From the NCBI GenBank assembly GCA_963769435.1, contig CAVYLN010000002.1:29098-93097 (forward strand): a stretch of 64,000 nt of DNA. The letters are read 5' to 3'. A model generated the notes under the pieces. It had not been told where the DNA came from. It made no database searches and saw nothing but the letters and a program-made list of their open reading frames with translations. Both the position numbers and the translations under genes were made by a program. Every line of letters begins with the position of its first letter. Position 1 is the stretch's first letter. Shown here in pieces: positions 56,850 through 64,000 of the stretch. The stretch comes from an uncultured Actinomycetota bacterium. Its GTDB lineage: Bacteria; Actinomycetota; Actinomycetes; S36-B12; UBA10799.

Positions 56850-57800
56850 GTGAACACCCCGCTCCCCCGCCGACTGGTGGTCATCGGCGGCGCCGAGGAC
56901 AAGCTCGGCCAGCGGCGCATATTGCGCAGGTTCGTGACCCTGTCGGGTGGACCGCAGGCCCGCATCGCGGTGTGTGCGACCGCCTCGTCCCTGGGCGACG
57001 AGATCACCGATCTCTACGAGAAGGTCTTCTACGACCTGGGAGCGGCCGAGGTGCTCTCAGTTCGCCCGATCAACCGCGCGGAAGCCGACGCACCGGTCTC
57101 CACCAAAGCCATCGAGGATGCCACCGGGGTGTTCTTCACCGGCGGCAACCAAGCTCGGCTCTCGGCCATCTTGCGTGGTACCGCCCTCGGGGACGCAGTG
57201 ACCGGCCTCTACCAACGGGGCGTCGTGGTCGGAGGCACCAGCGCGGGTGCCTCCGTCGTCAGCGAGCACATGGTTGCGCTGGGGGCCGCCGGTGAGACCC
57301 CCAAGCAGCGGATGGCTAACCTGGCGCAGGGGTTGGGTCTCCTGCCGGATGTGGTGGTGGATCAGCACTTCGCCGAGCGCGGTCGTTTCGGACGACTACT
57401 GGCCCTGGTGGCCGCGAGTCCCAACCTGCTGGGTATGGGTGTCGACGAGGACACCGCCGCCATCATCACCGACGAACGCGTGCTCGAGGTCTACGGGCGA
57501 GGGGCGGTGTTCCTGGCACAGGCGGACAGGGCCGTGACCAACGCCTATGCGGCGCGGGGAACCGAGCCGATCCTGATCTCCGGAGCCGAAGTGCATTTCC
57601 TGCCGACCGAGTCGGTCTTTGATCTCGTGACCCGGCAACTGGTCCAATACCGAACGGCCATCGAACAGGCGCAGATCGCCCGACGAACCTCCGAGCACGT
57701 CTCCACACGACGGGCGACCCGCCGCGTGGACGCCGAAGGGGTGCACGACCGCAACGCCGAGCGCGCTGTCAAGCGCCGCCGACTGAGACCACCCGACTGA
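56850..57800 (+). CDS. cphB: cyanophycinase (peptidase S51)
   Basis: RLVVIGGAEDK...FFTGGNQ...GGTSAGASV...VDQHFAERGRFGRL. GTG at 56850 is preferred over the ORF start at 56793. It ends 14 nt before cphA. Confidence 0.85.
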   Translation: MNTPLPRRLVVIGGAEDKLGQRRILRRFVTLSGGPQARIAVCATASSLGDEITDLYEKVFYDLGAAEVLSVRPINRAEADAPVSTKAIEDATGVFFTGGNQARLSAILRGTALGDAVTGLYQRGVVVGGTSAGASVVSEHMVALGAAGETPKQRMANLAQGLGLLPDVVVDQHFAERGRFGRLLALVAASPNLLGMGVDEDTAAIITDERVLEVYGRGAVFLAQADRAVTNAYAARGTEPILISGAEVHFLPTESVFDLVTRQLVQYRTAIEQAQIARRTSEHVSTRRATRRVDAEGVHDRNAERAVKRRRLRPPD

Positions 57801-57814
57801 CCGCGAGGAGCACC

Positions 57815-60511
57815 ATGCCGGATAGCCCACCTGCTTCGCTGGAGATCCTTCGTACCCGGGTCTACCGCGGCCCAAACGTCTGGTCGTACGACCAGTGCGT
57901 ACACCTGCTCGTCGACCTCGGCGAATTGGAGCAGTGGCCCAGCGCCCGCATCCCGGGGTTCGTCGATCGCCTCATCGAGGTACTACCCGGCGTGGCCGAA
58001 CACTCCTGTTCCACAGGACGCCGCGGAGGCTTTCTCGACAGGTTGCGCGAAGGCACCTGGTTGGGACACGTCGCCGAGCACGTGGCACTGCAACTGCAGG
58101 CCGAGGCCGGCCATGACATCCGTCGGGGCAAGACCCGCTCGGCCGACGTCACCGGGCAGTACCACGTCATCTACGGATTCCTGGAGGAGCGCGTTGGGGT
58201 GGCTGCGGGCAAGCTCGCCGTGCGCCTGGTCAACCATTTGGTGGAACCCTCCGACCTCGACTTCCCCGCCGAGCTGGAGCGCTTTCTGCTGGACGCGGAC
58301 AGGTACGCGTTCGGACCTTCCACACAGTCGCTCGTCGACGAGGCAGCCAGCCGGGACATCCCCTACATCCGGCTCAACTCCGGTTCGCTGGTTCAGTTCG
58401 GGCAAGGCGTTCACCAGAAACGCATCCGGGCGACGATGACCTCTCAGACCAGCGCACTGTCGGTGGACATCGCCTCGGACAAGGAACTCACCGCCAGACT
58501 GCTGGGTGCCGCAGGCCTGCCGGTACCCCATTCCCAGGCGGTCCGGACCCCCGAGGCGGCGGTACGCCTTGCGACGCGTATCGGCTACCCGGTGGTGCTC
58601 AAGCCCGCGGACGGCAATCACGGGCGAGGCGTGCAGCTGGATCTTCGCGGACCCGAGCAGGTCGAGCAAGCCTTCGCACCCGCGAAGGAGGAGGCGCGCA
58701 ACGGCCGCGTCATCGTGGAGAGCTTCTACTCGGGCAAGGACTATCGCGTTCTCGTGGTCGGGGGTCACATGGTGGCCGTCGCCGAACGGGTGCCCGCACA
58801 CGTCGTCGGTGACGGGGAGCACACGATCCGAGAGCTCGTCGATCTGATCAACGCCGATCCCCGTCGCGGTGTCGGCCACGAGAAGGTACTCACGCGCATC
58901 CGGATCACCTCCGGCGCGGAAGAGCTCGTCGCAGCGCAGGGCTTCAGCCTCGACGACGTGCCCGATGCGGGCGTGGAGGTGGCACTGGCGTCCACCGGCA
59001 ACATGAGCACAGGGGGCATCTCGATCGACCGGACCTACGAGGCACACCCGGACAATGTGGAGATCGCGGAAGAGGCCGCACGGGTGGTCGGTCTGGACGT
59101 GGCCGGCATCGATTTCATCTGCCCCGATATCGCAGAGCCGGTTCGGGAGACCGGCGGAGGCATCTGCGAGGTCAATGCCGCGCCCGGATTCCGTATGCAT
59201 ACCCACCCCACGGTCGGCGAACCGCAGTTCGTGGCCAAGGCCGTGATCGACAACCTCTTCCCGGTGGGATCCCGTTCCCGCGTGCCCATCGTGGCGGTCA
59301 CCGGCACCAACGGCAAGACCACCACCGCACGCATGATCTCGGCGATCTTCAAGGGCATGGGCCGCAAGGTCGGCATGACCTCCACCGACGGCATCACGAT
59401 CGACCAGCGACTGATCATCCAGGCCGATGCGTCGGGGCCGAAGAGCGCCAGGATGGTCCTGCAGAACCCGCGGGTGGATTTTGCGGTGCTGGAGGTCGCC
59501 CGCGGCGGGATCCTGCGCGAAGGCCTCGGTTACGACCGCAACGACGTCGCAGTGGTCACCAACGTCGCACCCGATCATCTGGGCATCGGCGGGATCGACA
59601 CCCTCGAGCAACTCGCGGACGTGAAGTCCGTGGTGGTCGAGTCCGTGCCACGTGACGGTAGCGCGGTGCTCAACGCCGACGATCCCCTCGTGGCGGGGAT
59701 GCGCCGCAGGTGCCGGGGAGACGTCGTCTGGTTCAGCCTCGGCGAGCCGGGTTCGCAGGGTCGGGAACTTGCGGAGGCCCACTGCCGGCGCGGCGGCACA
59801 TCGGTCCTGCTGGACAGCGACGAGCGCGGCGAGTACATCTTCCTGCGGCAAGGCCGCCGGAAGATGCGCCTCACGTATTGCGACCGCATCCCTGCGACGT
59901 ACAACGGCAAGGCGCGATTCAACGTGATGAACGCGATGGCCGCAGCGGGTGCCGCCTTCGCCCAGGGAGCACATCTACATGACATCCGCGCTGGATTGTC
60001 CGGCTTCCTGCCCACGTGGGACTCGGCCCCGGGAAGACTCAACTACATCGACGTCCACGGGGTACACGGCTTCATCGATTACGCGCACAACGCCCCTGGG
60101 CTGCGGGCTCTCGGCGAGTTCCTGGAGTCCTACCGGGAAGGGTTGTCCAAGAGCAACCAGGACATCGGACGGCGTCGATGCATCGGCGTCGTCGGCACCG
60201 CAGGCGACCGGCGCGACAGTGACATCGTCGACCTCGGCAAGGTCGCCGCGGAGTTCTTCGACGTGATCGTGATCCGCGAGGACAAGAAGCGTCGGGGCCG
60301 CGAGGTTGGGGAAGTGGCGGCTCTCATCGCAGCAGGCGTGGGAGAGCCGGCCACTGGACGTGCCAGAGAGTCGCACATCATCCTCGACGAGGTGGAGGCC
60401 GCGAAGTACGCACTCTCAGTGGCCAACCCGGGCGACGTGCTCGCGGTCATGGGTGATGACATGCAGGCACTGTCGGACGCCCTGCAGACCGAGGCCCACC
60501 GGAACTCCTGA
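57815..60511 (+). CDS. cphA: cyanophycin synthetase (N, ATP-grasp G and Mur-ligase-like M domains)
   Basis: 898 aa. N domain (ILRTRVYRGPNVWS...HVAEHVALQLQ). ATP-grasp (VVLKPADGNHGRGV...EVNAAPGF). M domain (VTGTNGKTTT...LEVARGGILREG...NVAPDHLG). GAGGAG SD. Confidence 0.95.
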   Translation: MPDSPPASLEILRTRVYRGPNVWSYDQCVHLLVDLGELEQWPSARIPGFVDRLIEVLPGVAEHSCSTGRRGGFLDRLREGTWLGHVAEHVALQLQAEAGHDIRRGKTRSADVTGQYHVIYGFLEERVGVAAGKLAVRLVNHLVEPSDLDFPAELERFLLDADRYAFGPSTQSLVDEAASRDIPYIRLNSGSLVQFGQGVHQKRIRATMTSQTSALSVDIASDKELTARLLGAAGLPVPHSQAVRTPEAAVRLATRIGYPVVLKPADGNHGRGVQLDLRGPEQVEQAFAPAKEEARNGRVIVESFYSGKDYRVLVVGGHMVAVAERVPAHVVGDGEHTIRELVDLINADPRRGVGHEKVLTRIRITSGAEELVAAQGFSLDDVPDAGVEVALASTGNMSTGGISIDRTYEAHPDNVEIAEEAARVVGLDVAGIDFICPDIAEPVRETGGGICEVNAAPGFRMHTHPTVGEPQFVAKAVIDNLFPVGSRSRVPIVAVTGTNGKTTTARMISAIFKGMGRKVGMTSTDGITIDQRLIIQADASGPKSARMVLQNPRVDFAVLEVARGGILREGLGYDRNDVAVVTNVAPDHLGIGGIDTLEQLADVKSVVVESVPRDGSAVLNADDPLVAGMRRRCRGDVVWFSLGEPGSQGRELAEAHCRRGGTSVLLDSDERGEYIFLRQGRRKMRLTYCDRIPATYNGKARFNVMNAMAAAGAAFAQGAHLHDIRAGLSGFLPTWDSAPGRLNYIDVHGVHGFIDYAHNAPGLRALGEFLESYREGLSKSNQDIGRRRCIGVVGTAGDRRDSDIVDLGKVAAEFFDVIVIREDKKRRGREVGEVAALIAAGVGEPATGRARESHIILDEVEAAKYALSVANPGDVLAVMGDDMQALSDALQTEAHRNS

Positions 60512-60520
60512 GGGCGGGCA

Positions 60521-62029
60521 TCAACCCCGGTCCCCGTCGGCCCAGTGGGCCGGGTCCACCTCGGTGCCCCCGCGCCCGAGCAGTTCCGCCTCCAACTCCT
60601 GCAACTGCTCGGCGATCGTGATCACCAGCACGTCACCGGCGCTGCTGCCTGCCAGCAGGCCTGCGAGGGCCTCCACTTCGCTGTCGAAGCAGAGCGTTGA
60701 GTCGGAGCCGGCCACGGACATCCCTGCCAGGAACTGTGCCCGCATCTCATCGGCCGTACGGTCACGCAGGTAGCCGGGCTTGTCCACCGGGAAGGCGGCG
60801 TCCGCCAGATCCACGGCGACGAACCCCATACCCTGCAGCACCTCGTCCGAGCGGTCACCGGCGGTACCGAACGCCACCTGCACGCGAGCCTCCTGGGCCA
60901 GCGCACGGGCGGTCGTCAACAACTCCCGCAGACTCTCCACGTTATGGGCCATGTCCAGGATCACGAGGCGCCCGTTCACGGCCCAGCAGTTGAACCTGCC
61001 CGACGACTGCCTTCGATCCGGCCGGAAGGTCCGTAGCGCCTCACGAACGACATCGAGCGGCACACCAGCCGCGATGGCCCCGGAGGCGGCGGCCAGGACG
61101 TTCGCAACATTGAACCGGGCACGGCCTCCGACCGTGACCGGCATCTGGGCCAGATCACCCAGATCCGCCTCGAGTTCCCCCACGATGTGAACTCGCCCGT
61201 CGCGCACAGTGGTGAAACGATCCCCCATGGGTTCGCCGTCGATCCCGAAGAACCACGACCGGCCCGGTGATTGCTCAGCCATGTGACGCACGAGCGGGTC
61301 GTCGGCGTTCAGGACGGTCCAGCCGTTCGGATCCACGATCCGCACCACCGTGGCCTTCACCATCGCCAATTGTTCGACGGTGTTGATGCCGTGGCTGCCG
61401 AGGTGATCGGCCGCCACATTCGTCACGACCGCCACGTCGACCCGTCGGACGCTCATACCCCGCAAGAGCAGGCCCCCACGCGCCGTCTCCAGCACGGCGA
61501 ATCCGACGCCCGGTTCACCCAGCACGCGGCGGGCACCTCCAGGACCGCTGAAGTCGCCGGACTCGACCAGTTCGCCATCCCGGAACACGCCGTCGGTACT
61601 GGACCACGCGGTCGACAGGCCGGCGGTCCGCGCACAGTGGGCGATGATCCGGGTGGTGGTGGTCTTGCCGTTGGTGCCACTGATGGCAACGCACGGCACG
61701 CCGGGGTCCAACAGGTCGAATGGCTGGGCGACGCCGCGCGCCCGCGATGGGCGTGGCGCCTCGTAGATCATGGCCCGAGTCGCTTCCACGTGATCTGCGG
61801 CAAGCGCCCGGTCAGACACGGGCCAGGCCATCACGTAGCCGTCGTCGGTGGGCCGCATCACGATCTGCGCTTCCTGCAACGACATCCCGATGCCGGATGC
61901 GGCCTGCAGGACGGTGTCGGCGATCTCGTGTCGGCCCTCCCACGCGCCGGCTATCGACAGCCTGATCGCGGGGCCCGGGATGTCCGGATTGGGTCCACCC
62001 AGCACGCGGATGTCGTGAATCACCGTCAC
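60521..62029 (-). CDS. CphA-like Mur-ligase-domain protein lacking the ATP-grasp domain
   Basis: 502 aa. The opening IHDIRVLGGPNPDIPGPAIRLSI resembles the CphA N-terminus. ISGTNGKTTT...LETARGGLLLRG...NVAADHLG...RFNVANVLAA aligns colinearly with the cphA M domain. No ATP-grasp segment lies between. Confidence 0.8.
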   Translation of the reverse strand: MTVIHDIRVLGGPNPDIPGPAIRLSIAGAWEGRHEIADTVLQAASGIGMSLQEAQIVMRPTDDGYVMAWPVSDRALAADHVEATRAMIYEAPRPSRARGVAQPFDLLDPGVPCVAISGTNGKTTTTRIIAHCARTAGLSTAWSSTDGVFRDGELVESGDFSGPGGARRVLGEPGVGFAVLETARGGLLLRGMSVRRVDVAVVTNVAADHLGSHGINTVEQLAMVKATVVRIVDPNGWTVLNADDPLVRHMAEQSPGRSWFFGIDGEPMGDRFTTVRDGRVHIVGELEADLGDLAQMPVTVGGRARFNVANVLAAASGAIAAGVPLDVVREALRTFRPDRRQSSGRFNCWAVNGRLVILDMAHNVESLRELLTTARALAQEARVQVAFGTAGDRSDEVLQGMGFVAVDLADAAFPVDKPGYLRDRTADEMRAQFLAGMSVAGSDSTLCFDSEVEALAGLLAGSSAGDVLVITIAEQLQELEAELLGRGGTEVDPAHWADGDRG

Positions 62030-62039
62030 GTCCCACAGC

Positions 62040-63560
62040 GTGTCATGTCCACCCGGCAGAATGCGGGGTGTGATCCCAGATCCCCGCTTGGACCCGCACG
62101 TCAGAGACCTCGATGTTGCCGGGATCGAGGACGCGGCCCTGTCGCAGTGCCGCCGTCATGGCGCCGCCTACGCCGCTGTTCGCATCCACCAGACCCGTTC
62201 CCGCTTCCTGCACCTGAAGGATCTCGACGTTGAGACCGCCACCGAGAATCGGGAGATCGGGGTCGGCGTCCGCGTGGTGGTTGACGGGGCTTGGGGCTTC
62301 GCCGCCACCAGCCGACTCGATCGTGGGGCCGTGGTGGACGCGGCGCGGCGGGCATGTGATTTGGCCTCGCTGTGTGCACGTCTGCCTGGCCCCGAGGTGG
62401 TCCTGGCCGATGAGCCGCCGGCCACGGGCACCTACATCAGCGACTACGAGATCGACCCGTTCGGCATCCCGACCGACCAGATGGTGTCCGTCCTCAGGGA
62501 GGGTTGCCGGACCCTCGCACCGAAGGTGGATCACACCAGCGCCACCCTGGAGACCGTCCAGGAGACCACCTACCTGGCGGACCTCGCGGGGGCCCGAATC
62601 TGGCAGCAACGGGTGCGGACGCATCCGGTCTATACGGCCATCCGGATCACCGACGGTGGATTCGACGACATGTCGACCACGGCGCCCCCCTCAGGACGGG
62701 GGTGGGAGTACTCATCGTCAGGATGGGACTGGGACACCGAACTGGCGCAGATGCCGGATCTGCTCGAGGAGAAGGTCAAGTCCGCCTCGATAGCGGCGGG
62801 TCGGTACGACCTGGTGATCGATCCCACCAATCTATGGCTCACGATCCACGAGTCCGTCGGCCACGCCACCGAGAAGGACCGGGCCCTGGGCTACGAGGCC
62901 AACTACGCCGGCACATCGTTCGCCACCCCCGATCTGCTGGGCAGCCTGCGCTACGGCAGCGATCTCATGAACGTGCGTGCCGACCGCACCGCAGCGCACG
63001 GGCTCTCGACCGTGGGGTGGGACGATGAGGCCGTCGCCGCCCAGCAGTGGGATCTCGTCCGTGACGGGGTTCTGGTGGGATACCAGCTTGATCGGCAGAT
63101 GGCCGGCCCCGGGCAGCGATCCAACGGATGCGCCTACGCGGACAGCGCAGAGCACGTGCCCATCCAGCGCATGCCGAACGTCAGCCTTCAGCCCGCGCCG
63201 GAGGGCCCGGACACCGATGCCCTGATCTCAGGCATCGAAGACGGCATCTACATCGTTGGTGACAAGTCGTGGTCGATCGACATGCAGCGTTTCAACTTCC
63301 AGTTCACCGGGCAGCGTTTCCACCGCATCCAGCATGGTCGCATCGTGGGTCAGGTCAAGGACGTCGCCTACCAGGCGAACACGCTGTCGTTCTGGGGCGC
63401 ACTCACAGCCCTCGGTGGGCCACAGACCTACATGCTCGGCGGGGCCCTCAACTGCGGCAAGGGACAGCCGGGACAGGTGGCTGCGGTCTCCCACGGTTGT
63501 CCGGCTGCGGTCTTCAGCGGGATCAACATCCTCAACACTCGTGAGGAGGCCCGGCGATGA
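62040..63560 (+). CDS. tldD: TldD-family metalloprotease
   Basis: GVGVRVVVDGAWGFAAT...IHESVGHATE (HExxxH-type)...GQVAAVSHGCPAAVF. The start may be the Met at 62061. Confidence 0.85.
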   Translation: MSCPPGRMRGVIPDPRLDPHVRDLDVAGIEDAALSQCRRHGAAYAAVRIHQTRSRFLHLKDLDVETATENREIGVGVRVVVDGAWGFAATSRLDRGAVVDAARRACDLASLCARLPGPEVVLADEPPATGTYISDYEIDPFGIPTDQMVSVLREGCRTLAPKVDHTSATLETVQETTYLADLAGARIWQQRVRTHPVYTAIRITDGGFDDMSTTAPPSGRGWEYSSSGWDWDTELAQMPDLLEEKVKSASIAAGRYDLVIDPTNLWLTIHESVGHATEKDRALGYEANYAGTSFATPDLLGSLRYGSDLMNVRADRTAAHGLSTVGWDDEAVAAQQWDLVRDGVLVGYQLDRQMAGPGQRSNGCAYADSAEHVPIQRMPNVSLQPAPEGPDTDALISGIEDGIYIVGDKSWSIDMQRFNFQFTGQRFHRIQHGRIVGQVKDVAYQANTLSFWGALTALGGPQTYMLGGALNCGKGQPGQVAAVSHGCPAAVFSGINILNTREEARR

Positions 63561-64000
63561 CACAGCAGGGATTGGTGCAGGCGGCACTAGGAGCAATCGA
63601 CGAGGGATGCGTGATCCTGAGGGCGACCCATGTGCAGAACCTCCGATGGGCCAACTCGGCCCTCACCACCAATGGCGACACCTCCACGTCCACGATGACG
63701 GCTATCGCCATGGACACCAGCAGGGGCACCGTGTCGGTTTTGTCCCGGCAAGTGCCCGACGTCGAAGCGGCCAGGGCTCTGGCTGAGGAGGCCAAACAGG
63801 CGGCCCTCACCTCCGACCGGGTCGACGCCGTCCAACTGATCGATGGCGGCGTATCCGCGGACTTCGACGCGGAACCCGAACCGATCGACGGACCGGCGAC
63901 GCAGAAGATGGTGTCCACGGTCGACGGGCTGCTGCGACGACCGGACCCACAGTTCGGGTACGCCGAATTGGACCGGACCACGGTGCACATGGCCACCACG
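63557..64000 (+). CDS. pmbA: PmbA/TldE-family protein, 3' end cut by the window edge
   Basis: My own translation from the ATG at 63557 (ATGA overlap with the tldD stop) gives MTQQGLVQAALGAIDEGCVILRATHVQNLRWANSALTTNGDTS... It is open to the window end. Absent from the ORF track because no stop is reached. Confidence 0.75.
   Translation, partial: MTQQGLVQAALGAIDEGCVILRATHVQNLRWANSALTTNGDTSTSTMTAIAMDTSRGTVSVLSRQVPDVEAARALAEEAKQAALTSDRVDAVQLIDGGVSADFDAEPEPIDGPATQKMVSTVDGLLRRPDPQFGYAELDRTTVHMATT

Overview
GC-rich actinobacterial chromosome segment. Lineage markers are prcA-pafA, rbpA, an SsgB-type gene, lnt-ppm1 and an ACT-domain serB. I call about 60 protein genes, five tRNAs (Val-CAC; a Gly-Cys-Val cluster; Leu-GAG) and a few stem-loops. 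There is no CRISPR array, rRNA, intact mobile element or recognisable defence system. The backbone runs: Pup-proteasome/Tat/HelY block, lnt-ppm1, class I aldolase, rbpA, a histidine-utilisation operon, an amino-acid ABC transporter, serB, a cyanophycin locus (cphB-cphA), and tldD-pmbA. Three things stand out. (1) At least 17 frame disruptions fall in 11 genes (GDPD, amidase, M20 dipeptidase, pabC, pabB, thpR, an MBL hydrolase, hutU, hutH, a DUF222-HNH gene, an ABC solute-binding protein). They are strongly clustered and nearly all can be explained by single inserted bases. This is either real gene decay or localised consensus error, and I cannot tell which from sequence alone. (2) Convergent with the full-length cphA is a 502-aa CphA paralogue. 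It keeps a short N-like region and the Mur-ligase (M) domain but has no ATP-grasp domain. (3) A LuxR / opine-dehydrogenase / class-III aminotransferase / GNAT cluster abuts the decayed hut operon. Smaller oddities: the pafA-tatA interval has no pafBC and instead carries a 4-Cys small ORF; a secreted 7-blade RCC1 protein; an RCK-pore-RCK channel with filter TVGPAP; a serine-recombinase remnant; and several long convergent overlaps. Product calls come from my own motif recognition, with no database search run. Many start codons are chosen by Shine-Dalgarno and N-terminus plausibility and may be off.
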